Positions 1 through 9,656 of a DNA stretch of 25,792 nucleotides are shown piece after piece. The notes under the pieces were generated by a model. The model saw only the letters and a list, made by a program, of their open reading frames with translations, made no database searches and had not been told where the DNA came from. Every line of letters begins with the position of its first letter. Within the stretch, counting starts at the first letter, position 1. The stretch comes from Promethearchaeota archaeon (GTDB taxonomy: Archaea; Asgardarchaeota; Lokiarchaeia; Sigyniarchaeales; SOKP01). Location of the stretch: the NCBI GenBank assembly GCA_011364925.1, contig RDOA01000051.1, forward strand, positions 1 to 25,792, in the 5' to 3' direction. A program made the translations under genes and the position numbers.

Positions 1-33
1 GTTTATGACTTGGTAACGGAATGGTTCGGATGA
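1..33 (+). CDS. 3' end of a probable amino-acid ABC transporter substrate-binding protein (partial)
   Basis: Frame 1 reads VYDLVTEWFG-stop. A terminal WFG is typical of polar amino-acid (family 3) binding proteins. Its TGA overlaps the next ATG (ATGA at 30-33), and permease/ATPase genes follow. Confidence 0.65.
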   Translation, partial: VYDLVTEWFG

Positions 34-716
34 GCGAAGCTCCAGACTTAACTTCTATTTTTTTTTATATTATTTCCAGAGGATTACCTAATACATTAAT
101 TTTGACAGCCCTAGGCTTATTATTAGGATTTATTCTTGGTATTATACTCGCACTTATGAGTGTGTATGGAGCAAAAGAACTCCAATGGTTATCAAGTGGT
201 TATGAGAAAGTATTAAGAGGTATTCCAATTTTAGTTTTAATTTATATTTTTCGGTGGGGAATGCCGGGTCTTTTCTGGTATTTTGATTCTCTTTCAGCAA
301 GATCCCTAGCAAGTGTAGTTTTAGCTTTAGCTCTTAGGAGCGGGGCCTATCAATCTCAAATATTTCGAGGAGCAATCCTATCGGTAAATCCTGGGCAAAT
401 GGAAGCAGGTTTTGCATTAGGCATGTCAAAACTTCAAGCGTTTAGACACATTGTATTACCTCAAGCCCTACGGATTGCAGTACCTGGATGGTCAAATGAA
501 TATGCTATTGTAATTAAAGATTCTGCCTTTGCTCTTGATGTTGGAGTATTTGAAATGACAAAAGCAGCAAATCAACTTTCGGTAAATTATCCACAAATTT
601 TTACTTTAACTATGTTTGTTGCCGCAATAATTTATTTCATATTTACCTTTCCTATAACTAAATTTTTTGGTGACCGTCAAAGTAAAAGATTAAAAAAATT
701 AGGATTGGGTGGTTAA
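30..716 (+). CDS. Polar amino-acid ABC transporter permease (HisM/GlnP family)
   Basis: Hydrophobic helices, RGIPILV motif, EAA loop GQMEAGFALGMS and IVLPQA. Start moved from 21 to ATG 30 because of the ATGA overlap. Confidence 0.93.
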   Translation: MSEAPDLTSIFFYIISRGLPNTLILTALGLLLGFILGIILALMSVYGAKELQWLSSGYEKVLRGIPILVLIYIFRWGMPGLFWYFDSLSARSLASVVLALALRSGAYQSQIFRGAILSVNPGQMEAGFALGMSKLQAFRHIVLPQALRIAVPGWSNEYAIVIKDSAFALDVGVFEMTKAANQLSVNYPQIFTLTMFVAAIIYFIFTFPITKFFGDRQSKRLKKLGLGG

Positions 717-1500
717 TTTGGAAGAACCCGTATTAAAAGTTGTAGATTTATGGAAATCATACGGTAAATTAGAAGTCCTCAAGGGAATTTCCTTTGAATT
801 AAAAAAGCAAGAAGTTAAGGTTATTTTTGGTCCAAGTGGTTCAGGTAAAAGCACACTTCTTCGTTGTATTAATATGCTTGATCCCCCACAGAAAGGTGAA
901 GTATATCTTTCTGGGATAAATCTGATGGATAAAAATGTCAACTTAAATAAATTGAGATCTAAAATAGGAATGGTATTTCAACATTTTAATTTATTTTCTC
1001 ATTTGAAAGCTATAGACAATGTAAGTTTAGGTCTTCGCAGAGTAAAGGGGATGTCCAAGGATCTAGCAAAACAAAAAGCCCTTGAAGCCCTTAAGCGAGT
1101 AAAATTAGCTGATCGAGCTAATCACTATCCCGCAGAATTATCTGGTGGACAGCAACAAAGAGTTGGTATTGCTCGTGCATTAGCAATGGATCCAGAGATA
1201 ATTCTTTTTGATGAACCGACATCAGCGTTAGATCCTGAATTAATTGGGGAAGTTCTTCAAGTAATGTTGGATATTGCTAAAACCGGAACTACTATGGTGG
1301 TCGTCACACATGAAATGGGATTTGCTAGAGCTGTTGCATCAGAGATGATATACATTGAAAATGGTTTGATTGTGGAGCGTGGGATACCTAATCATTTCTT
1401 TGAATCTCCTAAATCTGAGAGAGTCAAGCACTTTTTAAGACAAATTGACGTTTTATATGGAAAACATGAAGATCTTATAAAAATAGAAAAGGAGAAATAG
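709..1500 (+). CDS. glnQ: Polar amino-acid ABC transporter ATP-binding protein (GlnQ family)
   Basis: Walker A GPSGSGKS, MVFQHFNLF, signature LSGGQQQR, Walker B ILFDEPTSALDPE and H-loop VTHEMGFA. Start is GTG 709 or TTG 718. Confidence 0.95.
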   Translation: MVNLEEPVLKVVDLWKSYGKLEVLKGISFELKKQEVKVIFGPSGSGKSTLLRCINMLDPPQKGEVYLSGINLMDKNVNLNKLRSKIGMVFQHFNLFSHLKAIDNVSLGLRRVKGMSKDLAKQKALEALKRVKLADRANHYPAELSGGQQQRVGIARALAMDPEIILFDEPTSALDPELIGEVLQVMLDIAKTGTTMVVVTHEMGFARAVASEMIYIENGLIVERGIPNHFFESPKSERVKHFLRQIDVLYGKHEDLIKIEKEK

Positions 1501-1502
1501 GA

Positions 1503-2228
1503 ATGTTTCAAGGATCTTCAAACCCATTTGAAATTTTCTTTTATTGGGACGAAATTCTCACTGGATTTATTATGACAATGTGGTTATATGGATGGGCATT
1601 AGTAATCGGCTTTATGGTAGGACTTTCATTGGCAATACTTCGACAATATGGAGGTAGATTTTTGTCCCCTATTGCTACTACTTATATTGAAGTCGTTCGT
1701 GGGACTCCAATGCTAGTTCAACTTTGGTTAATTTATAGTATTCTTCTAATACCACTTGGGAGATGGACTATTTATTCCAATTTTACATTATTTGGCAGAG
1801 ATATAACAGTAGTTTTCTTTAATGCTAGAATTATTGTATGTATAGTTACCTTGGGTCTAAATAGTTCAGCTTATCAAGCAGAATATCTACGTGGGGCAAT
1901 TCTTTCAGTTAGTGCAGGTCAATTGATTGCAGCTCAATCTTTAGGCATGTCAAAAGTAGCTGGTATTCGCCATATAGTACTACCTCAAGCTTTAAGAAGG
2001 GTAATCCCTTCATGGTCTAATGAGGCATCATACTTACCAAAATATACTGTAATTGTTTCAATAATTGGGGTTGCTGATATTTTTAATCAGGCAAAAAATA
2101 TAGGATTTGATACTTTACTTTACTTTCCTGTTTATATCTTTGTAGCAATAATATTTGTGATACTAATTTCCTTAATATCTAAACTATTAAATACAATTCA
2201 TAAACGGACAAGAATTCCTGGTTTGTGA
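1503..2228 (+). CDS. Second polar amino-acid ABC transporter permease
   Basis: YIEVVRGTPMLVQL, SAYQAEYLRGAI, EAA-like GQLIAAQSLGMS and IVLPQA. Confidence 0.93.
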   Translation: MFQGSSNPFEIFFYWDEILTGFIMTMWLYGWALVIGFMVGLSLAILRQYGGRFLSPIATTYIEVVRGTPMLVQLWLIYSILLIPLGRWTIYSNFTLFGRDITVVFFNARIIVCIVTLGLNSSAYQAEYLRGAILSVSAGQLIAAQSLGMSKVAGIRHIVLPQALRRVIPSWSNEASYLPKYTVIVSIIGVADIFNQAKNIGFDTLLYFPVYIFVAIIFVILISLISKLLNTIHKRTRIPGL

Positions 2229-2275
2229 TAATTTCAAAAAAGAAATAATTTTGACCAGATATGGAGATGATTTAA

Positions 2276-2842
2276 ATGTGCTATTACCTTACAGCAACCT
2301 TACCTAAAGAAACCAATATTTTAAGTTTACAACGACTTTTTGAAAAGTTTGACATGAGTTTTAAACCTCTTCAGAATAAAAATTTAGAATCTCAATTACG
2401 ACCAGGAGAGTTATACTTTAGAGCAACTAAAAATTACTGTGATTGTGACACTGTATTAGGCTCTCGAAATCGTTCTCAGGAATATGAAAAACTCCTTAAT
2501 TCTAAAAAAGTTAAAACTTTAAGAAAAAAAAAATGGTCAGAAGACCAGATAGATGATTGGATTTTAGAGAGAATTTCTTCTAAGACTCACAAAAAGGGCT
2601 CAAAGAAGACTCCTTTGGAAATAAATGAAGAAATTGATAACTGGATAAATTTTATTAAAAAACTCCTGAAAGAAGTTAAAAGAGTTGGGTTACTAAAGCA
2701 TTGGTATCATTCTAATTTAGAGAATGAAGATATTACCCTGAAAAAGACAGAACATCTAAATGTAGAAGAGATTACAGTAGAAAAGCTTTTAATGATGGAA
2801 GAAGATGTATTGTATGAATTTATTCCTTTATATCCTTATTAA
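2276..2842 (+). CDS. Hypothetical protein with N-terminal Cys and a CDC motif
   Basis: 188-aa ORF filling the gap, with SD-like GGAGATGA 5 nt before the ATG. No family recognised. Confidence 0.75.
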   Translation: MCYYLTATLPKETNILSLQRLFEKFDMSFKPLQNKNLESQLRPGELYFRATKNYCDCDTVLGSRNRSQEYEKLLNSKKVKTLRKKKWSEDQIDDWILERISSKTHKKGSKKTPLEINEEIDNWINFIKKLLKEVKRVGLLKHWYHSNLENEDITLKKTEHLNVEEITVEKLLMMEEDVLYEFIPLYPY

Positions 2843-2949
2843 AATTAATATTAACTGCTGAACTGCTCTTTTTTTATCATCCTCTTTCTAATTATTTTTT
2901 TGTATTATGGTTAATTATCATCTTTTAATTAGAATGAAAAATGGTTATT

Positions 2950-3999
2950 ATGAAAATTGTTGATTTACGATCTGATACGGTTACAAAACCATCTCCAGAA
3001 ATGTGGGAATATGTGAAGTCAATGGGTAATTCTAGTCTAGGAGACGATGTTATGGGAGAAGATCCGACTGTTAATGAACTAGAAGAAAAAGCGGCTAAGC
3101 TTATCGGAAAAGAGTCTGCATTACTTGTAACTTCAGGAACTCAAGGTAATTTACTCTCATTTCTTTCCCAAACTAAACCTGGAGACGAAATTCTTTTAGA
3201 AGAACAGAGTCATATTTTTTTAAATGAAGTAGGGAGCGCAGCACGAATAGGAGGTTTAATGATTAGGTCATACCCTTCAGTTAGAGGAACTCCTTCATTT
3301 GAATATCTTCAATCTTTAATTCGAGATAAAGAAGAAATCCATGAACCACCATCCACGCTATTTTGTACTGAGAATACTCACAATTATCATGGTGGTGCAA
3401 TAGTTGAACTTAATGTTCTAAAAAAAATGAATGATTTTTCTAAAAAGAACGACCTAAGATTTCATATGGACGGAGCACGTGTTTTTAACGCAGCAATCGG
3501 TTTGAATGTACCTGTAACTGAAATCACAAAACATTCTGACAGTGTAATGTTTTGTCTTTCTAAAGGGCTTTCATGTCCTGTAGGATCAATTGTCGCAGGA
3601 TCGAAAGAATTTATCTCGAAAGCTAGAAGATTTAGAAAAATGGTTGGTGGAGGAATGCGTCAAGCGGGAATTATTGCTGCTTTTGGGATTGTTGCGTTAG
3701 AACCTAAATGGATAAATAGACTTGCTGATGATCATAAAAACGCAAAGTTGCTCTCTGAAGGTTTAAAAAACCTGAACTTACCAATAAAAGTCCACCCAAC
3801 TGATACTAATATAGTTGTCCTTGAAATGTTAGAAAAGGTTAGAATTCTTAAAATTGTTACAGCTCTTAATAAAGCGGGTATTTTAGCTTTTAACATAAGT
3901 AAAGAAAAAATACGATTTGTAACGCACTATGGTATCAACGTAGACGATATTAACTATAGTATTGAACAAATTGGACTTGCATTACAGCAAAATCTATGA
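2950..3999 (+). CDS. ltaE: Low-specificity L-threonine aldolase (PLP-dependent)
   Basis: DLRSDTVTKP, GDDV..EDPT, SGTQGN, ENTHN, HMDGARVFNA, PLP-lysine motif CLSKGL and GGGMRQAG. Alternative start at 2941. Confidence 0.95.
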   Translation: MKIVDLRSDTVTKPSPEMWEYVKSMGNSSLGDDVMGEDPTVNELEEKAAKLIGKESALLVTSGTQGNLLSFLSQTKPGDEILLEEQSHIFLNEVGSAARIGGLMIRSYPSVRGTPSFEYLQSLIRDKEEIHEPPSTLFCTENTHNYHGGAIVELNVLKKMNDFSKKNDLRFHMDGARVFNAAIGLNVPVTEITKHSDSVMFCLSKGLSCPVGSIVAGSKEFISKARRFRKMVGGGMRQAGIIAAFGIVALEPKWINRLADDHKNAKLLSEGLKNLNLPIKVHPTDTNIVVLEMLEKVRILKIVTALNKAGILAFNISKEKIRFVTHYGINVDDINYSIEQIGLALQQNL

Positions 4000-4140
4000 C
4001 AGATTTGTAAATTAAAATGAACCATACTTTTTTATTTGTATATGCATTCATATTTAAAGAAATTCTAACTATTTAAGGAATCGAATTTTAATCTTAAATT
4101 AACCAAAAAAATTAAGCAGAATTTTAAAAAGTTGATATAA

Positions 4141-5844
4141 ATGGTCGAAAAATTTTGGTTGAAATCGTATGATGCTCACGTGAAACCAACGCTTACTTAC
4201 CCAACTGATGATCTGGGAACAATTTTAACAACGAAAATGAAAGAATTCCCCGATAAAATTGCGATATATTTCATGGATGCTGAATATACCTATAAGGAAG
4301 TATTAGAGTATTCTCAGAGGTTTGCTACTTTTCTACAGAAAAACGGTATTGAAAAAGGTGATGTTGTATCAATCTGTCTTCCCAATACTCCTCAGTACTT
4401 AATTGCTGTCTATGGAACATATATGGCGGGTGCTACAATCTCGGGCTGCTCTCCTCTCATGAGTGCCCCAGAAATTCAGTACCAATTAGAAGATTCTAAC
4501 GCAAAGGCTATTGTAACAATGGATATAGTTTATGAGAAACGACTTACTCCTCTATTGGAGACATTACCTAATCTTAAGTTGATTATCCCTACCAATATCT
4601 CTGAGTTTATGGGATTTGGCGGTTTTAAGGTTTTTATGGGTAAATTAATTAAAAAGATTCCAAAAGGAAAGATGGATCCATATCCTGGAAGGACCGTTGT
4701 ACCTTTCTTAGAAGCACTCAAGACTGAAGTTGACATTAAAAAGATAAGCATAAATAATAATGTTGATCCAGCTCTAATCCAATATACTGGAGGAACAACT
4801 GGTCGTCCAAAGGGTACAATTATCACCCACGCAAACTTAGTAGCCAATCTTACGCAATTTGATGCGTGGCTTGGAAGGGAACATGGAAAAGAAGTATTAA
4901 TATCAGCGTTTCCCTTTTTCCATATCGCAGGATACTTGATCGGACTCTTTCTCCCCTTCATAAGTGGAACGCAGACATTAATTGCAAATCCAAGGGATAC
5001 CGATCATATAATTAAGGAATTAATGGATAAGAAACCTTCGAGTTTTGGAAATGTGCCAACCTTATTCCTAATGATTATGAATAACCCAAAATTTAAAGAG
5101 GTTCCAGCAGAAGTATTAGATAACATTACTCTCTATGTCAGCGGAGCAGCTCCATTTCCTGAGGAAGCAATAAGAACTTTTGAAAAAGCCTTCCATGCCC
5201 AAAACAAGTTCGTAGAAGTTTACGGTATGACTGAAACGTCTCCTTTAGCAAGTGCAAACCCAGCCTTAGGAACAAAGAAAATTGGAACAGTTGGTCTTCC
5301 ATTGTCAGACACAGAAGTAAAGATTATCGACATCGATACCGGGAAGGAACTAGGTATCGGAGAACCGGGAGAAATTTTAATTAAAGGACCTCAAGTCACC
5401 AAGGGTTATCATAATAAGCCTGAAGAAACAAAGGAAGCGTTTGATAGTGAAGGATTTTTCCATACGGGCGATGTAGGCGTGTTTGACGAGGAAGGTTATA
5501 TAAAAATAGTAGATCGCACGAAAGATATGCTTATTGTTAGTGGATTTAAAGTTTATAGCGTACATGTAGAAGAAGTATTGACAAAACATCCAGATATTGA
5601 AATTTTAGCAATAATCGGAGTACCTAATCCCGATAGGCCTGGTGCTGAAATTGTAAAAGCTGTCGTCCAATTAAAGGAAGGAGTTTCTGAAGCTGACGAG
5701 GTTAAAGAGAGTATAAGGGAATTTGCTGAAGAAAAATTGTCAAAATACGAAGTTCCTAAAATTTGGGAGTTCCGCGAAGAGTTACCTCTTACGCTGGTGG
5801 GCAAGGTTCAGAAGAAAGCGCTTCGAAATAATCCCGAAGGGTAA
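4141..5844 (+). CDS. Long-chain acyl-CoA synthetase (FadD-like)
   Basis: AMP-binding loop YTGGTTGRPKG, YGMTE, HTGD, DRTKD and C-terminal LPLTLVGK. Confidence 0.93.
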   Translation: MVEKFWLKSYDAHVKPTLTYPTDDLGTILTTKMKEFPDKIAIYFMDAEYTYKEVLEYSQRFATFLQKNGIEKGDVVSICLPNTPQYLIAVYGTYMAGATISGCSPLMSAPEIQYQLEDSNAKAIVTMDIVYEKRLTPLLETLPNLKLIIPTNISEFMGFGGFKVFMGKLIKKIPKGKMDPYPGRTVVPFLEALKTEVDIKKISINNNVDPALIQYTGGTTGRPKGTIITHANLVANLTQFDAWLGREHGKEVLISAFPFFHIAGYLIGLFLPFISGTQTLIANPRDTDHIIKELMDKKPSSFGNVPTLFLMIMNNPKFKEVPAEVLDNITLYVSGAAPFPEEAIRTFEKAFHAQNKFVEVYGMTETSPLASANPALGTKKIGTVGLPLSDTEVKIIDIDTGKELGIGEPGEILIKGPQVTKGYHNKPEETKEAFDSEGFFHTGDVGVFDEEGYIKIVDRTKDMLIVSGFKVYSVHVEEVLTKHPDIEILAIIGVPNPDRPGAEIVKAVVQLKEGVSEADEVKESIREFAEEKLSKYEVPKIWEFREELPLTLVGKVQKKALRNNPEG

Positions 5845-5960
5845 ATATTCAATGGGATTTATGAATATTGAAATCGAACTTTAATAAACTTTTTTTATTT
5901 CTTTTATTTTACTTATCTAAGCTTGAGATTCTAGGATATTAATAATTTTTTTGTTTGAAT

Positions 5961-6776
5961 ATGAATATAGAAGATTTCGAAGACATTATTTACGAAAAGG
6001 AAGAAAACGGTATTTGTACAGCAATTTTATCCCAACCTGAAAGGCGAAATGCAGTAACTTATATCACCTTTTTAGAGCTCTATACTGTTATTGAAGATAT
6101 GGAAAATGATAAAAATACGAAAGTTTTGATTATTACTGGTGATCCTAAAGGTGATGCCTTTACATCTGGAGGTTATTTTAGGCCTGAAATGTTCCATAAA
6201 ATGCAGAAATACCCCGAAATAGATTTAATGGATATTGCCCAAAAAAAACTCTGTTTGAAGATGTGGGATTTCCAAAAACCTGTTATAGTTGCAATCAACG
6301 GCATGGCAATCGGTGGAGGAGTTACTATGCCGTTAGCAGCAGGTGATTTAGTCTATATGGCTGAAGATGCATGGTTGGGATTTTTCTTTGCAAGACGAGG
6401 AATAGTTCCCGAGTTTGCTGCATCGTTCCTTTTACCTTTATTGATAGGTTTCCAAAGGGCAAAAGAAATATGTTATTTTGGTGAAAAAGTTATAGCTCAA
6501 CGAGCACTTGAGTTAGGATTGGTAAATAAAGTGCTACCTAACGATGAGTTAATGGAGTATACAAGGGAACAAGCATTAAGATTAATTCCTCCAAAAGGAC
6601 CCAGTCTATCAATAAAATTAATGAAAAAAACAATGCATGCCTATTTTCGCGAAATACTTTCTCACACTTTGGACTTAGAAAACAAAGCTCTTAGGAAGAC
6701 TTTTGCTTCCAAAGATTTTAAAGAAGCTATGTCGGCGTTAGAAGAAAAAAGAGAGACCAAATTTGTTGGGAAATAA
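5961..6776 (+). CDS. Crotonase-family protein, likely enoyl-CoA isomerase type
   Basis: FTSGG and NGMAIGGG oxyanion motifs. Both hydratase Glu positions are replaced (GGGVT; LGFFF), but GIVPE is present. ATG 5961 preferred over TTG 5955. Confidence 0.88.
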   Translation: MNIEDFEDIIYEKEENGICTAILSQPERRNAVTYITFLELYTVIEDMENDKNTKVLIITGDPKGDAFTSGGYFRPEMFHKMQKYPEIDLMDIAQKKLCLKMWDFQKPVIVAINGMAIGGGVTMPLAAGDLVYMAEDAWLGFFFARRGIVPEFAASFLLPLLIGFQRAKEICYFGEKVIAQRALELGLVNKVLPNDELMEYTREQALRLIPPKGPSLSIKLMKKTMHAYFREILSHTLDLENKALRKTFASKDFKEAMSALEEKRETKFVGK

Positions 6777-6852
6777 GATTTTTATTCAAAAATGCGGGTA
6801 ACAGAACACAAAATTAGAAATCTATTTATTAAAAAAGAGAAGATAATACATA

Positions 6853-8406
6853 ATGAAAAATTCAAAATATGATCAAAATCGCGTTATTGATACTTATCCC
6901 GTTATTGTAATTGGAGCCGGTTTAGCCGGTTTAGGTGCTGCCTGCCAGCTTGTAGCTCGAGGAGAACAAGTGCTCCTATTAGAAAAACATAACGTACCCG
7001 GAGGATTTGCTACTTCTTTTGTCAGAGGTCGGTTTGAATTTGAAGGTGCATTACACGAGTTAAGCGATGTAGGAACAGAAGATAACAAGGGCGCTCTCTA
7101 CAGATTTTTGGAGCGGTTAGGAATTGTTCCTGACAAACTTAAATTTAAACAAGTTCCCGAACTTTATAGAAGCGTATATCTTGATGGATATGATGTTACA
7201 TTACCTATCGAAATGGAAGACTATAAGAATACACTCATTGAGCTTTTTCCTCACGAGAGGAAGGGAATTGAAGACTTTCTTGAGGTATGTAAAGCTGTGC
7301 TTGCTGGAGTTGAATATATCGCCTCTAAAGGTGGAAAGTATTCTCCTGGTGAAATATTAAAAGAACATCCATGGTTACCACGAGTAGCAGGGATAACCTT
7401 TTCAGAGTTAATTGAAAAGTTTTTTACAGACAAAAAGTTGATTGCAGTTGTATCTCAATTATGGGGGTATGTCGGTTTACCACCAGACAAAATGAATGCT
7501 TATGTTTTCGTTGCAATGCTAATATTTTTCTTAAAGTGGGGAGCCGTATATCCCGTAGGAAGATCCCATTCTTTATCAAGTGCCATGGTAAGTGCATTCG
7601 AAAACTTTGGTGGTTTGATTAGGTATAACGCCTTAGTCGATAAAATCTTAGTGGAGAATGGAAGAGTGTGTGGAGTTGAATTATTAAATGGGGATGTTTA
7701 TCTCTGTAAAGCAGTTATATCGAACGTAAATCCGATATGCACCACAATGAAAATGCTCACTCCTGAAATTGTTCCTGAAACCTATAAAAAAATGATATAC
7801 ACTCCTGAAATAGGACCATCCGCATTTTCTGTATATCTTGGATTGAATTCATCCCATAAGGAGTTGGGATTTACTGCTCACGAGACATTTATAAACGCTA
7901 CCTATGACATGAATCATGCGTACGAAACATTCCGAACATTAAATCCCCCCGAATATATGGTCGTAGCTTGTTATAACCACATTTATGAGAAGATATCGCC
8001 ACCAGGAACCACAGAACTGGTTCTCACGACCCTCCAAATGGGAAAATTATGGCAAAGTGTAGCGCCAGATCAGTATTTTCGCAAGAAAGACGAAATCGCA
8101 GATAAAATGATCTCCTTGATGGAACAAACGATTTGTCCGGATATAAGAGATCATATAGAAGTAGCCGAAGCTGCAACACCGTTAACTTACTATAGGTATT
8201 CGAAAAATATGGAAGGAGCGATATATGGAACTACCCAAACTGTAGAGAACGGACCATTATTACGATTAAAAAGCAGAGGACCGATTCCTGGTTTATATCA
8301 AGTAGGTGCGTGGACTAATTTTGGTGGAGGATTTACGACGACTATTGTTAGCGGTAGAATTGCTGCTGGAATGTATCTAAAAGACAAAATTGAGGATAGG
8401 TGGTAG
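6853..8406 (+). CDS. COG1233 phytoene-desaturase/RetSat-like FAD oxidoreductase, copy A
   Basis: Rossmann GAGLAG, EKHNVPGG..TSF.RGRFEFE, ATPLT, GAIYG and PIPGLY.VG.W...GGG. Confidence 0.9.
   Translation: MKNSKYDQNRVIDTYPVIVIGAGLAGLGAACQLVARGEQVLLLEKHNVPGGFATSFVRGRFEFEGALHELSDVGTEDNKGALYRFLERLGIVPDKLKFKQVPELYRSVYLDGYDVTLPIEMEDYKNTLIELFPHERKGIEDFLEVCKAVLAGVEYIASKGGKYSPGEILKEHPWLPRVAGITFSELIEKFFTDKKLIAVVSQLWGYVGLPPDKMNAYVFVAMLIFFLKWGAVYPVGRSHSLSSAMVSAFENFGGLIRYNALVDKILVENGRVCGVELLNGDVYLCKAVISNVNPICTTMKMLTPEIVPETYKKMIYTPEIGPSAFSVYLGLNSSHKELGFTAHETFINATYDMNHAYETFRTLNPPEYMVVACYNHIYEKISPPGTTELVLTTLQMGKLWQSVAPDQYFRKKDEIADKMISLMEQTICPDIRDHIEVAEAATPLTYYRYSKNMEGAIYGTTQTVENGPLLRLKSRGPIPGLYQVGAWTNFGGGFTTTIVSGRIAAGMYLKDKIEDRW
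6977..7022. repeat. 46-bp perfect inverted repeat IR1, left arm (partner 12220..12265)
   Basis: tattagaaaaacataacgtacccggaggatttgctacttcttttgt equals the reverse complement of 12220-12265 (compared by hand). Confidence 0.9.
7715..7757. repeat. 43-bp perfect inverted repeat IR2, left arm (partner 11491..11533)
   Basis: ttatatcgaacgtaaatccgatatgcaccacaatgaaaatgct equals the reverse complement of 11491-11533. Confidence 0.9.
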
Positions 8407-8413
8407 AATTTTG

Positions 8414-9598
8414 ATGGAAGACATTAAAAAATATCAAAAAGCTGAAAAAATTAAGAAACAAAGAGAAGATCTCCAAACTATTCCATGGTATTACGATGGA
8501 TTAGAGAATTTATGCAACAGAATCCACCCCGGTAAGCAACTTTTAAGAGTTACTGACATAAAGCAACTTTCTTCTGATACAAAATTGTTTCGATTTATCT
8601 CCGCGAACCCAAATAAACAACTCGCCCCATTTCGTGCTGGACAATATATAGGGTTAACGGTCGAGATAAACGGAGCGAGAAGTTCGCGCCCATTTTCAAT
8701 AGTCTCCTCTCCAAATCAGTTATCTTATTACGAGTTAGGAGTAAGAATAAAAGAAGGTGGATTTGTTAGCCCGTTTATAGTTAATAATCTAAAAGTTGGA
8801 GATATCTTAGAAGCCTCTGAACCTCTTGGAAATTTATATTACAATCCACTGTTTCACGGAAAAGATTTAGTTTTCGTAGCAGGAGGGTGCGGAATTACCC
8901 CTTTTATTTCAATGCTAAAAGATATCAGTGAGAGAGACATTCCTTTGAACATATGGTTGATATTCGGATGTTTAACAGAAAAAGACATACTCTTTAGAGA
9001 GGAGTTAGAGGATATTCAGGAAAGAAGACCAAACATTCACGTTAGATACATCCTTTCTGAACCAGATGTTGATTGGAAAGGAGAGTGTGGTTTTATCTCA
9101 AGGGATAAAATATTAAAAGAAGTTGGCACCATCGAAAAGAAGTATTTCTATGTGGTTGGGAACAGAGCCATGTACGAATATGTAAAAGAAGAATTAAGCC
9201 ATCTTGGAATACCTCAACATAGAATCTATTTCGAAGCTTTTGGAGTTCCCGATGATGTTACTAAAGTTATTGGTTGGCCTTCAGATCTAGACTCATCGAA
9301 TAAATTCCAAATCACATTAGAATACAGACAATACTCACAGAAAGAGAAAATCAAATTCGAAGCAATGTGTACAGAACCTTTACTGAATAGTTTGGAACGA
9401 GCGTTAAAAAGTAAAATTACTATTGAAAACGCTTGTAGATCTGGCGAATGCGCTCTTTGTCGAACTAAAATGATATCAGGTAAAGTTTTTGTACCCCCAG
9501 AAGTGACAGTACGCGAAGTTGATAAGTCTTTTGGCTTTATACATCCTTGCGTGTCCTACCCACTTGCAGATATCCATTTGGATTTAACATTAACTTAG
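8414..9598 (+). CDS. FNR-family flavin reductase with C-terminal plant-type [2Fe-2S] domain (PaaE/Hcr/PDR-like architecture), copy B
   Basis: FRAGQY, RPFS, GFVS, AGGCGITPF, then CRSGECALC plus a distal Cys in HPC. ATG 8414 preferred over TTG 8390. Confidence 0.9.
   Translation: MEDIKKYQKAEKIKKQREDLQTIPWYYDGLENLCNRIHPGKQLLRVTDIKQLSSDTKLFRFISANPNKQLAPFRAGQYIGLTVEINGARSSRPFSIVSSPNQLSYYELGVRIKEGGFVSPFIVNNLKVGDILEASEPLGNLYYNPLFHGKDLVFVAGGCGITPFISMLKDISERDIPLNIWLIFGCLTEKDILFREELEDIQERRPNIHVRYILSEPDVDWKGECGFISRDKILKEVGTIEKKYFYVVGNRAMYEYVKEELSHLGIPQHRIYFEAFGVPDDVTKVIGWPSDLDSSNKFQITLEYRQYSQKEKIKFEAMCTEPLLNSLERALKSKITIENACRSGECALCRTKMISGKVFVPPEVTVREVDKSFGFIHPCVSYPLADIHLDLTLT
8877..8918. repeat. 42-bp perfect inverted repeat IR3, left arm (partner 10331..10372)
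   Basis: tagcaggagggtgcggaattaccccttttatttcaatgctaa equals the reverse complement of 10331-10372. Confidence 0.9.
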
Positions 9599-9599
9599 G

Positions 9600-9656
9600 T
9601 AGTTTTTTCTTTTCTTTATAAAATAGAGATAAAAAACTAGATTAGAATTAAAAAAA
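9600..9656. terminator. Probable bidirectional terminator between the convergent modules
   Basis: A T-tract follows the + strand stop and an A-tract precedes the - strand stop. There is a 9-bp inverted repeat, tagtttttt (9600-9608) / aaaaaacta (9631-9639). Confidence 0.5.

Noticed and set aside
417-1955. 15-nt direct repeat ttaggcatgtcaaaa in both permeases
   Set aside because: It is short and encodes the conserved LGMSK of the EAA loop, so paralogy explains it.
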